This document shows positions 38,646 to 52,953 of a DNA stretch of 64,000 nt, in pieces. Numbering within the stretch: the stretch's first letter is position 1; each line of letters starts with the position of its first letter. This DNA comes from Octopus vulgaris (taxonomy: Eukaryota). A model generated the notes under the pieces. The model saw only the letters and a program-made list of their open reading frames with translations. It did not search any database and had not been told where the DNA came from. The translations under genes were made by a program, and so were the position numbers. The stretch spans positions 113,212,001 through 113,276,000 of the forward strand of contig OX597819.1 of NCBI GenBank assembly GCA_951406725.2. Direction: 5' to 3'.

Positions 38646-39918
38646 AGGAAGATTTTGGTGAAGTTGCTTAAGTACGAAATGTAGTTATTAATAACATCAG
38701 ATAAAAGCTATGTAAATGAATCGGTGCAATTTTGTAAGAAGACTTATTTTTAAATGCTTCAATGTTTCAAAAGTACGACCCAAAACGAACTATAATTACC
38801 ATTTTTACCATCCACAGTATCATCGCCACCATCACCATTATCTTCATTATCATAGTCATCCTCATTATCATCATCATCATCATCATTGCCACCATTATTA
38901 TTATTATTATTATTATTATTATCGTCATCATCATAATTATGGTCCATCGTCGCCACGACGACGACGACCACCATCATCATCATCATCACCATTATTATCA
39001 TCACTGTCATCGTCGCCACCACCATCAACCTTATCAGAATCATCAATCTTTATTATCATGCTGCTGTCATCGTAGCCTCATTATCGTTATCTCATCGTAG
39101 TCATCTTACATTACTCATCTTACATCACTGCTACCGCCATTGTTGCTGCTGCTGCTACTACTACTACTACTACTACTACAGTTGGAGGGATTACTGCTGT
39201 GAATCCCTAGGTGAGTCCATATAAATTTGATTGATAGATAGAGTAGTAGTAGTAGTAGTAGTAGTAGATTTGGGAAGCCTCAGATCAGCGCTTGTAAACT
39301 TGACAGATCATTACAGATCAGAACTGTGCCTATGATTGAAAGGATTATTATTATTATTATTATCATTATTAGAATCAGCAACCCCTTTTTTAAAAAATAA
39401 ATTAACACTATAATTAGTATCATTACATAAATGATATAATTATTTAAACCATTGAGGTTCCTCCCAAGGATCTCTGGCGCAAGTATCCGTGTCTCTTTAA
39501 ATAAGGTAGAGTTCTGATTCGAGAGAGATTTATTTCATGGTTTGTGTGATTGGGTGGATTCTATCCAAAATCAATCCTGATCAAGTAAAAAACTATGATC
39601 AAAGGCATTCCAACTGTGACCCGCCTATCTGTGTTAGTAGTGATGGTATTGTCTTGGTACTAGTAGGGGTGAGACTAGTGTTGAAGTGGTGGTGGTGTGT
39701 GTGTGTGTCCTGGTGGTATTAATGGTGACGGTGCCTAGGATAGTGTGAGAGTGCGGATAGTAATGATTAGTAATGATGTATAATAGTAAATGTCATTGTA
39801 TGATGGGTGTTAATGTGTAATAGGGGCAGTTGCGGTGATAGTACTGTGCATAGTATAGTGGTGGTATCTAGGACGAGCATTATCTGACACCATTCCACTT
39901 TATTAAGATGGTATAAGA

Positions 39919-40270
39919 CGGGTTCTCAACCATTTTTTTTTTTTATCTATAGACCCCTTTGATTTCTATTTTATTCTGGTGGACCCCCATAAACATTCGA
40001 TGTTTAAAAACTAGTTTTATAGGAACTTCTTTCAAAATTCCTCCCCTACACACACACTTTAACTTGTGTTGGTTAAAATATGCAAAATGATAGAGAAAGA
40101 AACTTAGCTATTTATTGCAACACATACCAATACATACATCTAAAGCAAAATATTTTCAAGGGGCCTTAAAGTACTATTGTAGATCCCCAATTCACTATTT
40201 TGCTACGTGGATCCCTAAAAATCTCATATGGACCATCAGGAGCCATATGGATCCCTGTTGAGAACCACTG
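39919..40270. mobile_element. hAT-like MITE
   Basis: Termini gggttctcaac / gttgagaaccactg, internal ggaccc subrepeats, imperfect 8-bp TSD gtataaga/gtatagta. Confidence 0.6.
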
Positions 40271-40553
40271 GTATAGTATGTGTTTCTAGTAGGCCGAAGA
40301 ACCATTAACCACGGTTAGTCACCGCTCACCACCACATCTCTGAATAGATGATATCATTTCTTGTATACAACAAGAAGTCATTTCAACATAGAAAATCCTC
40401 GCTTATTACATACAAGTAACAGCTGGTGCAAATCAAGAGTTAATGAGTGCAATACTACCGTTGCCTCGGCTATTAAACATAAACCATTAACAGCATCACC
40501 ACCACCAACAACAACAACATCCCTGCTATTGTATACACGCCGTTAACGCTACA

Positions 40554-40962
40554 ACTACCACCACCACTATACTATGCACAGTACTATCACCGCAACTGCT
40601 TCTATTATATCACTACCACCACCACTATACTATGCACAGTACTATCACCGCAACTGTTTCTATTACATCACTACCACCACCACTATACTATGCACAGTAC
40701 TATCACCGCAACTGCTTCTATTACATCACTACCACCACCACTATACTATGCACAGTACTATCACTGCAACTGCTTCTATTACATCACTACCACCACCACT
40801 ATTACTATGCACAGTACTATCACCGCATCTGCTTCTACTACATCACTACCACCACCACTATACTATGCACAGTACTATCACCGCAACTGCTTCTATTACA
40901 TCACTACCACCACCACCACAATACTATGCACAGTACTATCACCGCAACTGCTTCTATTACAC
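40554..40962. repeat. 58-bp minisatellite, 7 copies
   Basis: Unit actaccaccaccactatactatgcacagtactatcaccgcaactgcttctattacatc; the ATG recurs at 40574, 40632, 40690, 40748, 40807, 40865 and 40926. Confidence 0.95.
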
Positions 40963-41070
40963 ATTAACACCCATCATACAATGACATTTACTATTACACA
41001 TCATTACTAATCATTACTATCCACACTCTCACACTATCCTAGGCACCGTCACCACCAATACCACCAGGAG

Positions 41071-41101
<31 letters not shown>

Positions 41102-41565
41102 TTAACACCATTATTTCAACACTAGTCTCACCCCTACTAGTACCAAGACAATACCATCACCACTAACTCAACGTGCGCATGCGCACACACCCATTCCTTT
41201 GTATGTGTGTGGGTGTAAATAAGATTATATACATACATATATATAATATTAATGATTACATTATATATATATAAATGATTACATTACATATATGATTACA
41301 TTATGTATATATATATAATCATACGTGTATGTATGTATATGCTTGTGTATATATGCCTCTGTATGTGTGTATAATTGTGAGCTGTAAAGAGAGATGGGGG
41401 TGGGTAGAGGAAAACATACATTCTTTCTAGTCTGATTGACTAAGATCAATTCTAAATGCAATGATGTGGAAATAAGCATCTCAACCACTCAAGCGTGCAA
41501 AGCAATCGTGTGTAACTTCACCAACTTATCCAATGGTGAAGAGATAAAACGGCACGACCAGTCTA

Positions 41566-41793
41566 GTATGTAAATGTATATGTATGCATGTATGTATGTA
41601 TGTATGTATGTATGTATGTATGTATGTGTGTGTGTGTGTGTATGTATGTATGCATGTATGTATATGTGTGTGTGTGTGTGTATGTATGTATGCATGTGTG
41701 TATGTATGTATGCATGTATGTATGCATGTATGTATGTATGTATGTGTGCGTGTGTGTGTGTGTATGTATGTATGTATGTATGTGGCACACACG

Positions 41794-41826
<33 letters not shown>

Positions 41827-41830
41827 GCGT
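41566..41830. repeat. (TATG)n/(TG)n/(TA)n compound microsatellite
   Basis: Directly visible. Confidence 0.95.
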
Positions 41831-42677
41831 CAGAGTATGTACACATATATATATGTTTTGTGGGAGAGAGTGTAAAGTTCGTGTTTATATGTTTGTGTGT
41901 AAGCATAGGTATGTGAGTATATATGATTATGTATGTGTGCGTGCGTAAATTGATAGATAAACAGACAGAGAGATAGATCCTCATATATGTGTGTATATGT
42001 AGATACGCACACACACTCACACACACACACACACACACACACACTTATATATAAACGTACTTTAAATAATTCAAAATACTCATATTCATCATATGTGTTT
42101 CTTTCTTTCCTTTCTTCCAACAATTCCTTGTTCTAGCAAGTCAGTCGCTTCATTATTCCCTTAATTTATTTTTCCTTAATCATCAGCAGCACCATCATCA
42201 TTACCAACATCACCACCACTACCATTATTACCATAGATCATTTACGTGCTATATAGGTTCTTATTTCTATTTATAAATTTACAGGCTTGTTTTACGTTGG
42301 AGATATCAAATCATAACTTCGATTTTGTTCCATAATTAAGTTTGTACGAAGCATAACATTCATATGTAGTGTTATTGCTCTAATAAGTTGAGGCCTCGCA
42401 AAATTGAGCCATGTCCTTTTACGTTCTGTGTTGAAGACAAGTGTTTCTTTAGCTTGCTTCCCATGTCTCGTGGGGAATGTCATGAATACAACGTAGATGT
42501 ATTGGTACGCCCTCACATGTTTGAAGATATATTGCGGTCTTAATTATTAGTTACAGAAAGCACGTTACTGAAAGCACAAGGCCACAATGTCTTGTTGCTT
42601 TTTACTATGATAGCCAGGAGGAGAAATGGAAAGGACACTCGGCCTTCCTTCTCAGGCTGGTTATATTATGACAGTTG

Positions 42678-43127
42678 GGGCGGCTAGCTGGCAGAAACGT
42701 TAGCACGTCGGGCGAAATGCTTAGCGGTATTTCGTCTGTCGTTACGTCTGAGTTCAAATTCCGCCGAGGTCGACTTTGCCTTTCATTCTTTCGGGGTCGA
42801 TAAATTAAGTACCAGTTTCGCACTGGGGTCGATGTAATCGACTTAATCCCTTTGTCTGTCCTTGTTTGTCCCCTCTGTGTTTAGCCCCTTGTGGGCAATA
42901 AAGAAATAAGAAACGTTTGCGCGCCGGGCGAAATGCTTAGCGGTATTTCGTCTGTCATTACGTTCTGAGTTCAAATTCCACCGAGGTCGACTTTGCCTTT
43001 CATCCTTTCGGGGTCGATAAATAAAGCCCCAGTTTCGCACTGGGGTCGATATAATCGACTTAATCCCTCTGTCTGTCCTTGTTTGTCCCCTCTACGTTTA
43101 GCCCCTTGTGGGTAGCAAAGAAATAGG
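42678..43127 (+). mobile_element. SINE family B dimer with TSD
   Basis: Junction aaagaaataag|aaacgtt; flanking repeat tattatgacagttg / tattatgacagctg. Confidence 0.9.
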
Positions 43128-44839
43128 TATTATGACAGCTGATGTTCAATTTGAATCCTAAAAGTTATTGTGTTCAAGATAAGCGCATGCGCTTGGAGAA
43201 ATCCTACCGACTGCAGTTCTAGATACAAAGATCAGGGAAAGATTTTGACTATTACGTGTGATGTCCGGAAGTTGAGTCTCAGTAAAAGTAACGGAAGGAC
43301 GAGCCATTCGTAGAATTGCTAGCTGTGTTTGGATAGAATAAGCTAAAAACCACTTTTAAGGGACAAGGGACAGATTATATATGTCAGCTAATGGTTATAG
43401 TTTATTGATGAGTAACGTAACGACAGTCAGTGCAACGACTTTCCCAAAGGCAAAAGTGGCGTCAGAAACTGGAAGTTTATTTGGCTTTTGCTTGGAACGA
43501 AAACTGTCTCAGAGGGAGAAATCCTATCACTTTACAGCACTCATCGCCTTCCTTTTATAGAAGAAATAGGCAGAATGCTTAGTCAAAACAAACCATATAA
43601 CATATATTATTTTATTATTGTATGTACATATTGCACTTTAAAAACGAAAGATTCAACAAAAATATTGATAAATACGGATTCTCATAAACGCATTAGTATT
43701 TGCACCCACCCCCCACGGTAACCCTTGTTTATATATGTGTGTGTGTGTGTGTGTGTAAAGTTAGCTTCAAGCAATCCGTAGTAAGTATATAAAAAAACTA
43801 CTTTAGGGACAATAGTGGTTTATTGAGCCGGAAGGTTGTATACACCCCACTTGGATTTTACCACTTATGAGGTTCCACTTGCCATGAAGAATATGTTGCC
43901 CGGATATTTCCCACTCCATTCCGTAACTCACACACATATATATATATATATATGTGTGTGCGTGTGTATAGATATATAGGTATGTATATATATATGTGTG
44001 TGTATAGATGTGTGTGTATAGATATGTGTGTGTATATATATATATGTGTATATATATATACATATATATGTGTGTGTATATATATACATATATATGTGTG
44101 TATGTATATATACATATATGTGTGTATATATAGACATACATATGTGTATATATATATAAACACTACTCTTTAAGAGTCCATTGCCAATTGCAATTCTCCC
44201 ACGAAGATAAATTTTCGCTCTTTCCTGTTCTGAATGCCCTTCGCTATTTCTTGCTACTCATGAAATATACCACATAAGACACAGATACACACACATATGC
44301 AGTGTGTGTGTGTGTGTGCGCGCGTGTGTGTTAGGCAATAAAAAAGCTAGATCAACATTTAGTTTATATAAAAGTCTTGAGAATTTTCACTTGCTAGAGT
44401 GTAATATACATTTAACCATCCATCTACCCAGCCAGCTATCAACCCATTCACTGACCCACCCACCCGATCACTTACCCACACAGTTACATAATAGATACAC
44501 AAACTTTCACATGCGTATACTCTTCCACAAACATGTACGCATGTCCTTAAAAGTATTTGCATATCTTACGCATCACGTTAAAAATATGCAATTTTCTTGA
44601 GGCTTTTTAAGGTTTACGTTTCATTTCCATTTTTTAATTAGAAATTTAAGTTACATAAGTCATTGACCTTATCATTATATTCCTTTAATTTGTTTCTTAA
44701 ACATTATTTTACCATTTTTCAAAAATATTTCACTGGATTCAGTCTTTGAATTGCAGCCAGATTGGAATATTCTTTTCGAAAGTTTTAGCGGATCTTAGTA
44801 CTTGCTAAGTTAGCGTTTGACGTTGAGAGATGCAATTTA

Positions 44840-45256
44840 AATTTAGGTTTAGTACCTCTTGCACAGTTGGCCTGTACATTGAGTAGAAAGACGTCTCCAG
44901 TCATTCCAGTTTGGAGCCTGCATCTTTCCAGGCGATGATAAGTTGCTTTAGGTTTTCTTTGAAGCTGACACGCCATGTCTTCCTGGATCGTTCTCTCTTC
45001 CTTCGTCCCGTTGGTGGCACCCATTGTATAACCGTTTTGGCTATTCGTCCTTCTAAAAGTCGGAAAACATGAGCCGCAAATCTCCGTCTTCTTTTCGCAA
45101 CAATCTCTTACAGACTGCGTAGAATGGCTCTTTTCAGAACTTTAGAGTTCGTGACTCTAACCCTGCAGGTGATCTTGAGTATTCTGCATAGATGCCGTTG
45201 GTGGAATGCCTTCAACATTTGGGCGATCTTGACAGTCATTTTCCAAGTTTCTCTGC
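44840..45256 (-). mobile_element. RTE-clade LINE 3' end, decayed
   Basis: The minus strand reads ETWKMTVKIAQMLKAFHQRHLCRILKITCRVRVTNSKVLKRA..RRRRFAAHVFRL..W.PPTGRRKRERSRKTWR, a typical RTE C-terminus. Confidence 0.85.
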
Positions 45257-45347
45257 TTAGATTGCTGTTGGTAGGACAATGTTTTGGTGCTGCAGGTCGT
45301 TCATTTGGTTGTTAATCAAAGAATTGACCCAGATCCTGTTCGTTCCT

Positions 45348-45733
45348 CTCTTTTACTTGTTTCAGTCATTTGACTGCAGCCATGCTGGAGCACCGCTTTT
45401 AGTCGAGCAAATCTACCCCAGAACTTACTTTTTGTAAGCCTAGTACTTATTTCATTGGTCTCTCATGCCGAACCACTAAGTTATGGGGACGTAAACACTC
45501 CGACATCGGTTGTCAAGCGATGCTGGAGGAACAAACACAGACACACAAACATACACACACATATACATATATACGACGGGCTTCTTTCAGTTTCCGTCTA
45601 CCAAATCCACTCACAAGGCTTTGGTCGGTCCGAGGCTATAGTAGAAGACACTTGCCCAAGGTGCCACGGAGTGGGACTGAACCCGGAACCATGTGGCTGG
45701 TAAGCAAGCTACTTACCACACAGCCACTCCTGC
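45348..45733 (-). mobile_element. SINE family A
   Basis: Matches the family A consensus. Confidence 0.9.
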
Positions 45734-46446
45734 AAACTATTACTGCACACCCGCTCGTGAGTTGACATCTGGCGCAGTATCCTCCCTGGTGCACTGTTTT
45801 AAAGTGTCTTAAACAAAAACAGGATCTTGTTTGCATTGTTTTCTTTTAAGATTCGCTTTTTGATTTAAGCTTGTCCTACCAAACATCGTCTCCCGTCGTA
45901 TATACGTATATGTATCTGTGAGTTGCTAATATGTGTATGAGTGTTTGTGGTCGTGTATTTTTTTTGTTTTTGTTTAGTACCGAGTCGAGCAGACCCATGA
46001 TCAAATATATTCCAGCCATGGCCATCAAGTCGTTTACTCCGAAATTTCTAATGTAACATTCTATCAAATTCGTACGAGGGTACAAATTTAGAGAAATTTG
46101 GTTGGTATTTCTAGCTAGTCGACGTTCAGGCGTATTCGTTAGCTCGTGTGTGTGTGTGTGTGTGAGGATGCATATTTCAGTATGTTTATGGGTGTGAATA
46201 CTAATGTATATAAACTGCTGCCCTTTTAGACATACATTCATATATATTTTACAGCGCTCTATGTTCGTGTGCATACATACTGTTACAGATTTAATACTCC
46301 TACACAATACATTCACACTCTACACACCCACACCCCACTCATATATACATGCATATATTGTGTAATTAAAACTTACTAAGCATTTCCTCAAATTCCTGTG
46401 ATTAAGCAATATAGCCCTCTATCCTTTACGTCTTTCCCTCCCTCTT

Positions 46447-46490
<44 letters not shown>

Positions 46491-47983
46491 GTATATATCT
46501 GTAGGGGGGAGTCATTGTGTTTGTATACATATACTCATACACATGCATAAATGCGTATACAGATATGCGTTTTTACACACAAACAGCATATAGAGCACAG
46601 TGCGGAAGGCAGCGCTTACTGATTCATTGTGAGAGAACGTCGAGTTTTGAAAAGATGAAAAGGATGGGAATGATGATGATGACGATGACGACGACGACGA
46701 CAGCGGTGGTGGTGGTGGTGACGATGATGACGATGTTGTTGATGTCAATGATGGTGGTAGGTACCTTTGGTGCTGCTGCTGATGGTGGTGGCGGTGATGA
46801 CGATGAAAATAGTGCTTCTGAAGGTAGTGGTGATGATGATGAAGATGATAATGGTGCTGACGATGGACTGTTGGCGGTGGTGATGGTGATTTTGATCAGC
46901 GCCAGATAGTTTTACTACAGACAGTTTGAGCGCTAAGAAAACCTCCAGATATTTTCTGACCTGCTAGAAATACTAACCAAATTTTCTTAATCCTACAGTA
47001 CGGTCGTAAAAAAGAGGGGGACACATTGGATAATGTACTGTGTAGATGTGTTTGGAAAAAATATCATACGTATTGGTCTGGGTTGAAACGTTTTTAGTCA
47101 TACGTCAGCTTTATCCAGACTGACCTGAGGTCATACAATAACAGGCATATTCCAAAATTCGCATGCTTGAAGGAAAATGTAATCCTTGCTATCAAAAATG
47201 CTGGACATGTTTCGGTCTTATTTGAACCTCATCAAGGAAACACGACTAACACAAATCCGATTCATCAATACCTAGATGTTTTCTTTTTCATCCTCATCAT
47301 CATCGTCATCATAGGCAACAAATGGGCAGACCCGTAAGAGCATCGAACATAATGCTTCGTAATATTTGTTCCGACTTTTTGACTTCTGAGTTCGAATCTC
47401 ATCGAGATCAACTTTGCCTTTCATCTTTTCAGGGTCGATAGATAAGAAAAGTATAATCAGGGCAATAGATCGGCAAGACTGTAAGAATGTCACATCGGTT
47501 ATCTTGCAGTATTCGTATTCTTTTCGTTGTGATTTCAAATCCCACCTCGGACTACGTGGGTGATAAAACTTAGCAGTTACTCGTTTTAACACTATATCCT
47601 GAGACCTGAGATGCTTTTAGCAGATTCCACACAGTTATAAGTTTTCGGGTTGAATGTCCAGTTTGAGACTAACCTCCCTGCCACCAATCTCGAAGAGCCT
47701 GAGAAGTGTTATAGACACCACGTTCTCTGTTGATTTAGGATTAAAAAAACAACAACCCCGTCGTTGTTTTACGTCCGCTGTCTATGCTGTCATGAGTAAG
47801 ACGGGTAATTGCTGTACTCATAGATTGGTCGGAGGGCCACGCTTGCACGTAAATTTTAATTTTTTAGTGAAATCTTTTTGCTTCTACTGATTTTATCGAT
47901 GCGTATTTATCGAAATGGTAGGTTATGCTTTTTGAAATTACATGAGTTTCTGCAAAAGCACACACAAATATAAGCATCACCTC

Positions 47984-48030
<47 letters not shown>

Positions 48031-48781
48031 ATGCGCTTATGTGAAGGGTTTCTGCCAAATTCCACTCATGAGATATCGATCAACCCAAAGCTATGGCAGA
48101 AGGCACTTAATGTTAATGACGAAGGGGAGGGGATCGAACCTGGAACCACCTGGTTTCGCAGCGAACTTCTTAATCAGATAGTCTTGCTTATTGATTTTTT
48201 CGCAGTTTTTAATTTTTTTTTTTTCGTTTTTTATTTCATGTAGGAAGAAACTTGGGGTTACATAGTGCTTTTTTCTTTAAGTTGCTTCTTAACTGAAAGC
48301 AGAAGTGGGAGAGAAAGGAACGAGTACCTGATAAAACTGATTAAAGTTACGATAAAGATATATGTAATAACGAGAGAGGCGTGGGTAGCGAAGGAAATGC
48401 TGTGACAGGGCTCAAACGAACGATAGATATAAACAGTGTCAAGGGGAAGAAAAAGCTCACGAAACCATAGAAAATACTAAATCAATAACCTACGTTTTAC
48501 AAGAAGTCAGGAGGCCTCCAGTAAACTACCAACATTACGAGCACCGAGCTGAATGAAGGCGGGGGATAAAAACAGCATCTGTTGGTCTTCATTTTCCGAC
48601 AGTTATACGAGATGGTGCACATGTGGAGATGGTTGGTTTACTACGACGATTGTAAGGATGAAATCACTTGACTTAAATATATTTTAAAGTGTCGTTTGGC
48701 ATTCGAGATGTTTCGACTACTATTTCAGCATAGCTGCCTCCATCCCTCCCCGCCTCTCTTTCTCTCTCTCCCCCTCTCTCT

Positions 48782-48823
<42 letters not shown>

Positions 48824-48940
48824 CTCTCTTTCTCTCAATATATAATTTACTCGGTAACAAGACATACATATTCCACTGAGTGCCTTATAATTAGTCTTAG
48901 CACGAGGTAAGATAACTGTGAAGATATATATATATATATA

Positions 48941-49021
48941 TAGTAATCCCTCAACTATCGCGGGTGTTACGTTCCGAAACCCACCGCGATAAGTGAACCA
49001 CGATATGGCGAGGGATTACTG
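48941..49021. mobile_element. Tiny Tc1/pogo (Tigger-like) MITE
   Basis: TIRs tagtaatccctcaactatcgcgg / ccacgatatggcgagggattactg, adjacent to a (TA)n tract. Confidence 0.7.
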
Positions 49022-49527
49022 TCGAGGAAAGAGAAATATTTTGTATATTCGGTGCAACATCTTTACTTTTTGATTTAAAATTCGAACTTCCAATCAGGTC
49101 TTAACTTCATTTAGAAGGGATTGTCTCCCCGATGATAGCTGATCACCACTCACGTTCTAAAGAATGATCTCTGTTCTTTCGTTTTCACAATTTGCTGGTC
49201 ATGTGCCTCCTCCACTCATGTACTCCCGTCCAACTCGTCTCCTTTCCTCTCATTACCCTTGTCGTGTTCAACCTTCTTCCCAGGTTCTACACTAAATAGT
49301 ACGTCCGTTCCTTTCTCCCCAGAACCTCGTACCTTCAGGATCTCCTCACTGATCATATTTTTCCTGCTTGTGTCTGTCTACTCACCACAGTTTAAGTGGA
49401 ACATCAACAACACTGACGGCATCACCGGTTTCAGTGGTACTGCTTACAGTACTGCTCTTTCCTCCAGACCCAAGTAAGAAAAAAATTAGGGAAAGCGAGC
49501 CGGTATAACCCTCTCTTTTCCTTTTAC

Positions 49528-49720
49528 CCATCCATGTTTCCCACCCACAATTCCACTATTCTTGGGAGGCTCCGGCATATCCTCCATAGGGTCCCACAGG
49601 AACCAATTACCATTACACTTTACGGTGGATCCCGAGGCGTGGCCAACTGGCACTATGAATATCATCCAACCAACTCGCTCTTTGTCCGCCCTTGGGTTTC
49701 CTTCCAGTTGGTGGTTTCCT
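49528..49720 (-). mobile_element. RTE LINE 3' terminal fragment
   Basis: The minus strand reads PTGRKPKGGQRASWLDDIH..W..LGI, homologous to 38440-38645. Confidence 0.65.
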
Positions 49721-50227
49721 TATTTCGTATTTACATAGAAATCATTATAACTCTGCTAAAAAGCAAAATATATGATGATAAGTTAACGTAAATTGTATGA
49801 CTGAAGCAGTAAGTGAGAGTTAATCAATAAAATCTAGTTGATAGATTGTCTCTGATTTATAGAACTGACTTTATATCCGATCAAATCTGTGTGTTCGTAA
49901 TTGATTTCAGACAAAAAAAAATCGCTTTTGAAAAAGAGATGTCTCACGCTGTTGCTGTCTCCTTCTTCCAGTCAGGACTCGCGCCATTAGCCACAAAGAA
50001 TAATCTTTAATTCGAGCCTACTCTAAGCTACTAAGAATACGTTTGGCAACTTGAAGATCCACCACCACATGCGATAAACTGGCGTTTGCACGTGCGTGAA
50101 AGCTACGTTGTTATCCTCAATCCGTAAACGGTGGCTTTTAACGGGTGGAGTCACAGAGGACTAGGGTTTGAAAGTTTACCACACCATAGTGGGTTATACC
50201 ATAGTTCCTTTGCTTTGTGGCAGAAGT

Positions 50228-50417
50228 AGGAAGAAAGAGTGAGAGAAAGTTGTGGTGAAAAGAGTGCAACGGGTTTCACCCCTCCACCACCGCCAGAGCC
50301 TCGTGGAGGTTGGGTGTTTTTGCTCAATAAACACTCACAATGCCCGGTCTGGGAATCGAAACCGCGCTCTTACGACTGTGAGTCCGCTGCCCTAACCATT
50401 GGGCCATTGCGCCTCCA
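50228..50417 (-). mobile_element. SINE family C 5' part
   Basis: Reverse complement of the tRNA-Arg-like head. Confidence 0.8.
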
Positions 50418-50772
50418 CCGTTGTTGCTGTTGTTGATATTGTTGTTCTTGTTTAGCACAAGCTCACTTGTAATCAGACTTTTAATCAAAGTGGTTCCTAC
50501 CACGACTATCCCATTTATTTTCGAACTTTGTGTATCTTCGACTGCATTACCTGATGTGTACTTTAGTCTTATAAGACGGCATAGAATGGACTTGAAGCAT
50601 ATTTGAGTTTGTTTCTTGCATGTCTAGTGACCACGTTGAGGCACCTTCGCTCACTTGTGCGTACATACACGCACACACACATATACATACACGCTCACAT
50701 ACATACACCTACACACATTCTCACACACATAATACATACATACATACATACATACATACATTCACAGATGTG

Positions 50773-50834
<62 letters not shown>

Positions 50835-51145
50835 CACTCTCCTGGAGCCTAGGGACATGGATTTACAATATTTGGTAGAAGCTTTTTATGAAACTTGACC
50901 GCGACTCAATCTGGATTCCTAGTTAGGAAAGTTTATCTCGTGTCACTAATGCATCCATATACACACAGGACTGTGTGTGTGTGTGTGTGTGTGTGTATGC
51001 AATATTTTCATTAGTACTAGACTTATTTGCAAAGACGAATTGTTTTTATTAAGAAACTGGATGATGTAAGACGTCTCGACTAACACACACACACACACAC
51101 ACATACATACATACATACATACATACATACATTCCAGATGTGTAT

Positions 51146-51189
<44 letters not shown>

Positions 51190-51689
51190 CACTCTCCTGG
51201 AGCCTCAGGCAGTTATTTAATTGTCGCCTTTTTAAAAACGTTTCCAATGTTCTTTTTGCTCAGAATAGAAGCAGAGCCTTGCTTCAGATGGGGGAACACA
51301 TACGCCATAGAAACCGGGAGATCGGGCCCATGAGCCTGGTTAGGCTTGAAAAGGGCGCATAAATAAAATAAACTTGAGTCATCAATTATACACAATTCAC
51401 TAATTAAATGAGTGTTACAAGCTGCGATTTCTATTTTTACCTTTATTACCATAACGATCCAATAGTTAGTTATTTGCAACCCCCCAAATGTTTTTGCCAC
51501 GCAGTTCTGTTGTGGGTGATTTTATCAACAGAACGCCATTTAATTTGTGTATTATTTTGCACTTTATACTCGGCCCTCTGTTCACTGGAATCATGTCACG
51601 TACGCCTTCTGGGTTGTAATCAGCAGAAGATTTGGTTCTGATTCCGCGTCTGGCTCATTTGTGGTTTGTAACAATTATGTCACCGTTTT

Positions 51690-51890
51690 AAACAGTTTCA
51701 GTACATTAGTTAGTCGTCCATAAAGGCAAAACATTGTTTCTATTCTGCGCTGAAAGCTTTCGAAGGATTTCATTTCTTGGTACATTTCCCATCCGTAGAA
51801 AACGGATCGTTGGACACGTTTTCCTTTTTCTTTTTCTATTTTTTTCGCAAACTGAATGTTGGGATGTTGGATGGCCATACATAATTTAAT
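51690..51890 (-). pseudogene. Possible decayed Penelope-like RT fragment
   Basis: QHPNIQFAKKIEKE resembles the Penelope RT motif HPNIxFTxExE; the rest is poorly conserved. Confidence 0.3.
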
Positions 51891-52085
51891 AATGATGTCT
51901 TACTAGATGTAGTTCAAAGCTCAGATTTACACTAAAGTGAACAGAGAAACACCATGTCTAGTGATGAGTGCAACAAAATTTCCCAGCCAACAGGGAAAAT
52001 AAATTGCATTTTGGACAACCACTGACTCATCTAAGTGCACACGTGTATATTTCCTGCACACACACACACCTTTTTCTATCTCTGT

Positions 52086-52303
52086 CTATTTCTTTACTAC
52101 CCACAAGAAGACAAACAAGGACAGACATAGGTATTAAGTCGATTATATCGACCCCAGTGCGTAACTGCTACTTAATTTATCGACCCCGAAAGGATGAAAG
52201 GCAAAGTCGACCTCGGCGAAATTTGAACTCAGAACGTAACGGCAGACGAAATACGGCTACGCATTTCGCCCGGCGTGCTAACGTTTCTGCCAGCTCGCCG
52301 CCT
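52086..52303 (-). mobile_element. SINE family B monomer with TSD
   Basis: Matches the consensus; flanking repeat ttttctatctct on both sides. Confidence 0.85.
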
Positions 52304-52920
52304 TTTCTATCTCTATCTGTCTACCTATCTATGTTGTCTGTATGAATCAATTTTGTATCTTTATTTTCAGATGGATGGATGGATGGAAATATTTATTCCC
52401 CATGTTAGAAAGATAGAGCTTGTTTTATTCAGATATACATATGTATAAAAATTTAGCGCATTCTCAAGTCCTTTCTTATTAGTTTTCCTATACAGCATAC
52501 ATTTTTGTGTGAATTTCAAGTGTATTTACTAGATATCATAGCTTCTCCCCCAGAACACCTAATATATATGTTAACATAAACGAGAGATAAGACACATTTT
52601 CACGCATAAATCTAAATCATATCTCTTGACCTCAGCTTAGTTTCAGCACATATGATATCCAGATATGTTGCTGTCGTTATGTAACCTCAACTCAAAAAAA
52701 CATTCCAGCTGAGACGATCCGGTCACTCTATGTTTTTTCTATGCATAAGGTAATTAGGACAATATTTTCTAAATGTCATTTTCAACATTTTATGGATATT
52801 TGGCTGCTTTGGGGGCAAGCCAAGCAAAAAGAACGAAAAAGAAACTATCTATCTAACTATATATATATAAAGTAGTTGTATACTGTCAACTTAATGTGAC
52901 AGTCCTATGAAGGGAATAAT

Positions 52921-52953
<33 letters not shown>

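Noticed and set aside
40554-40962. Regular array resembling CRISPR or a repeat protein
   Set aside because: Units are contiguous near-identical 58-mers without unique spacers, the period is not a multiple of 3 and there are no cas genes; it is a minisatellite.
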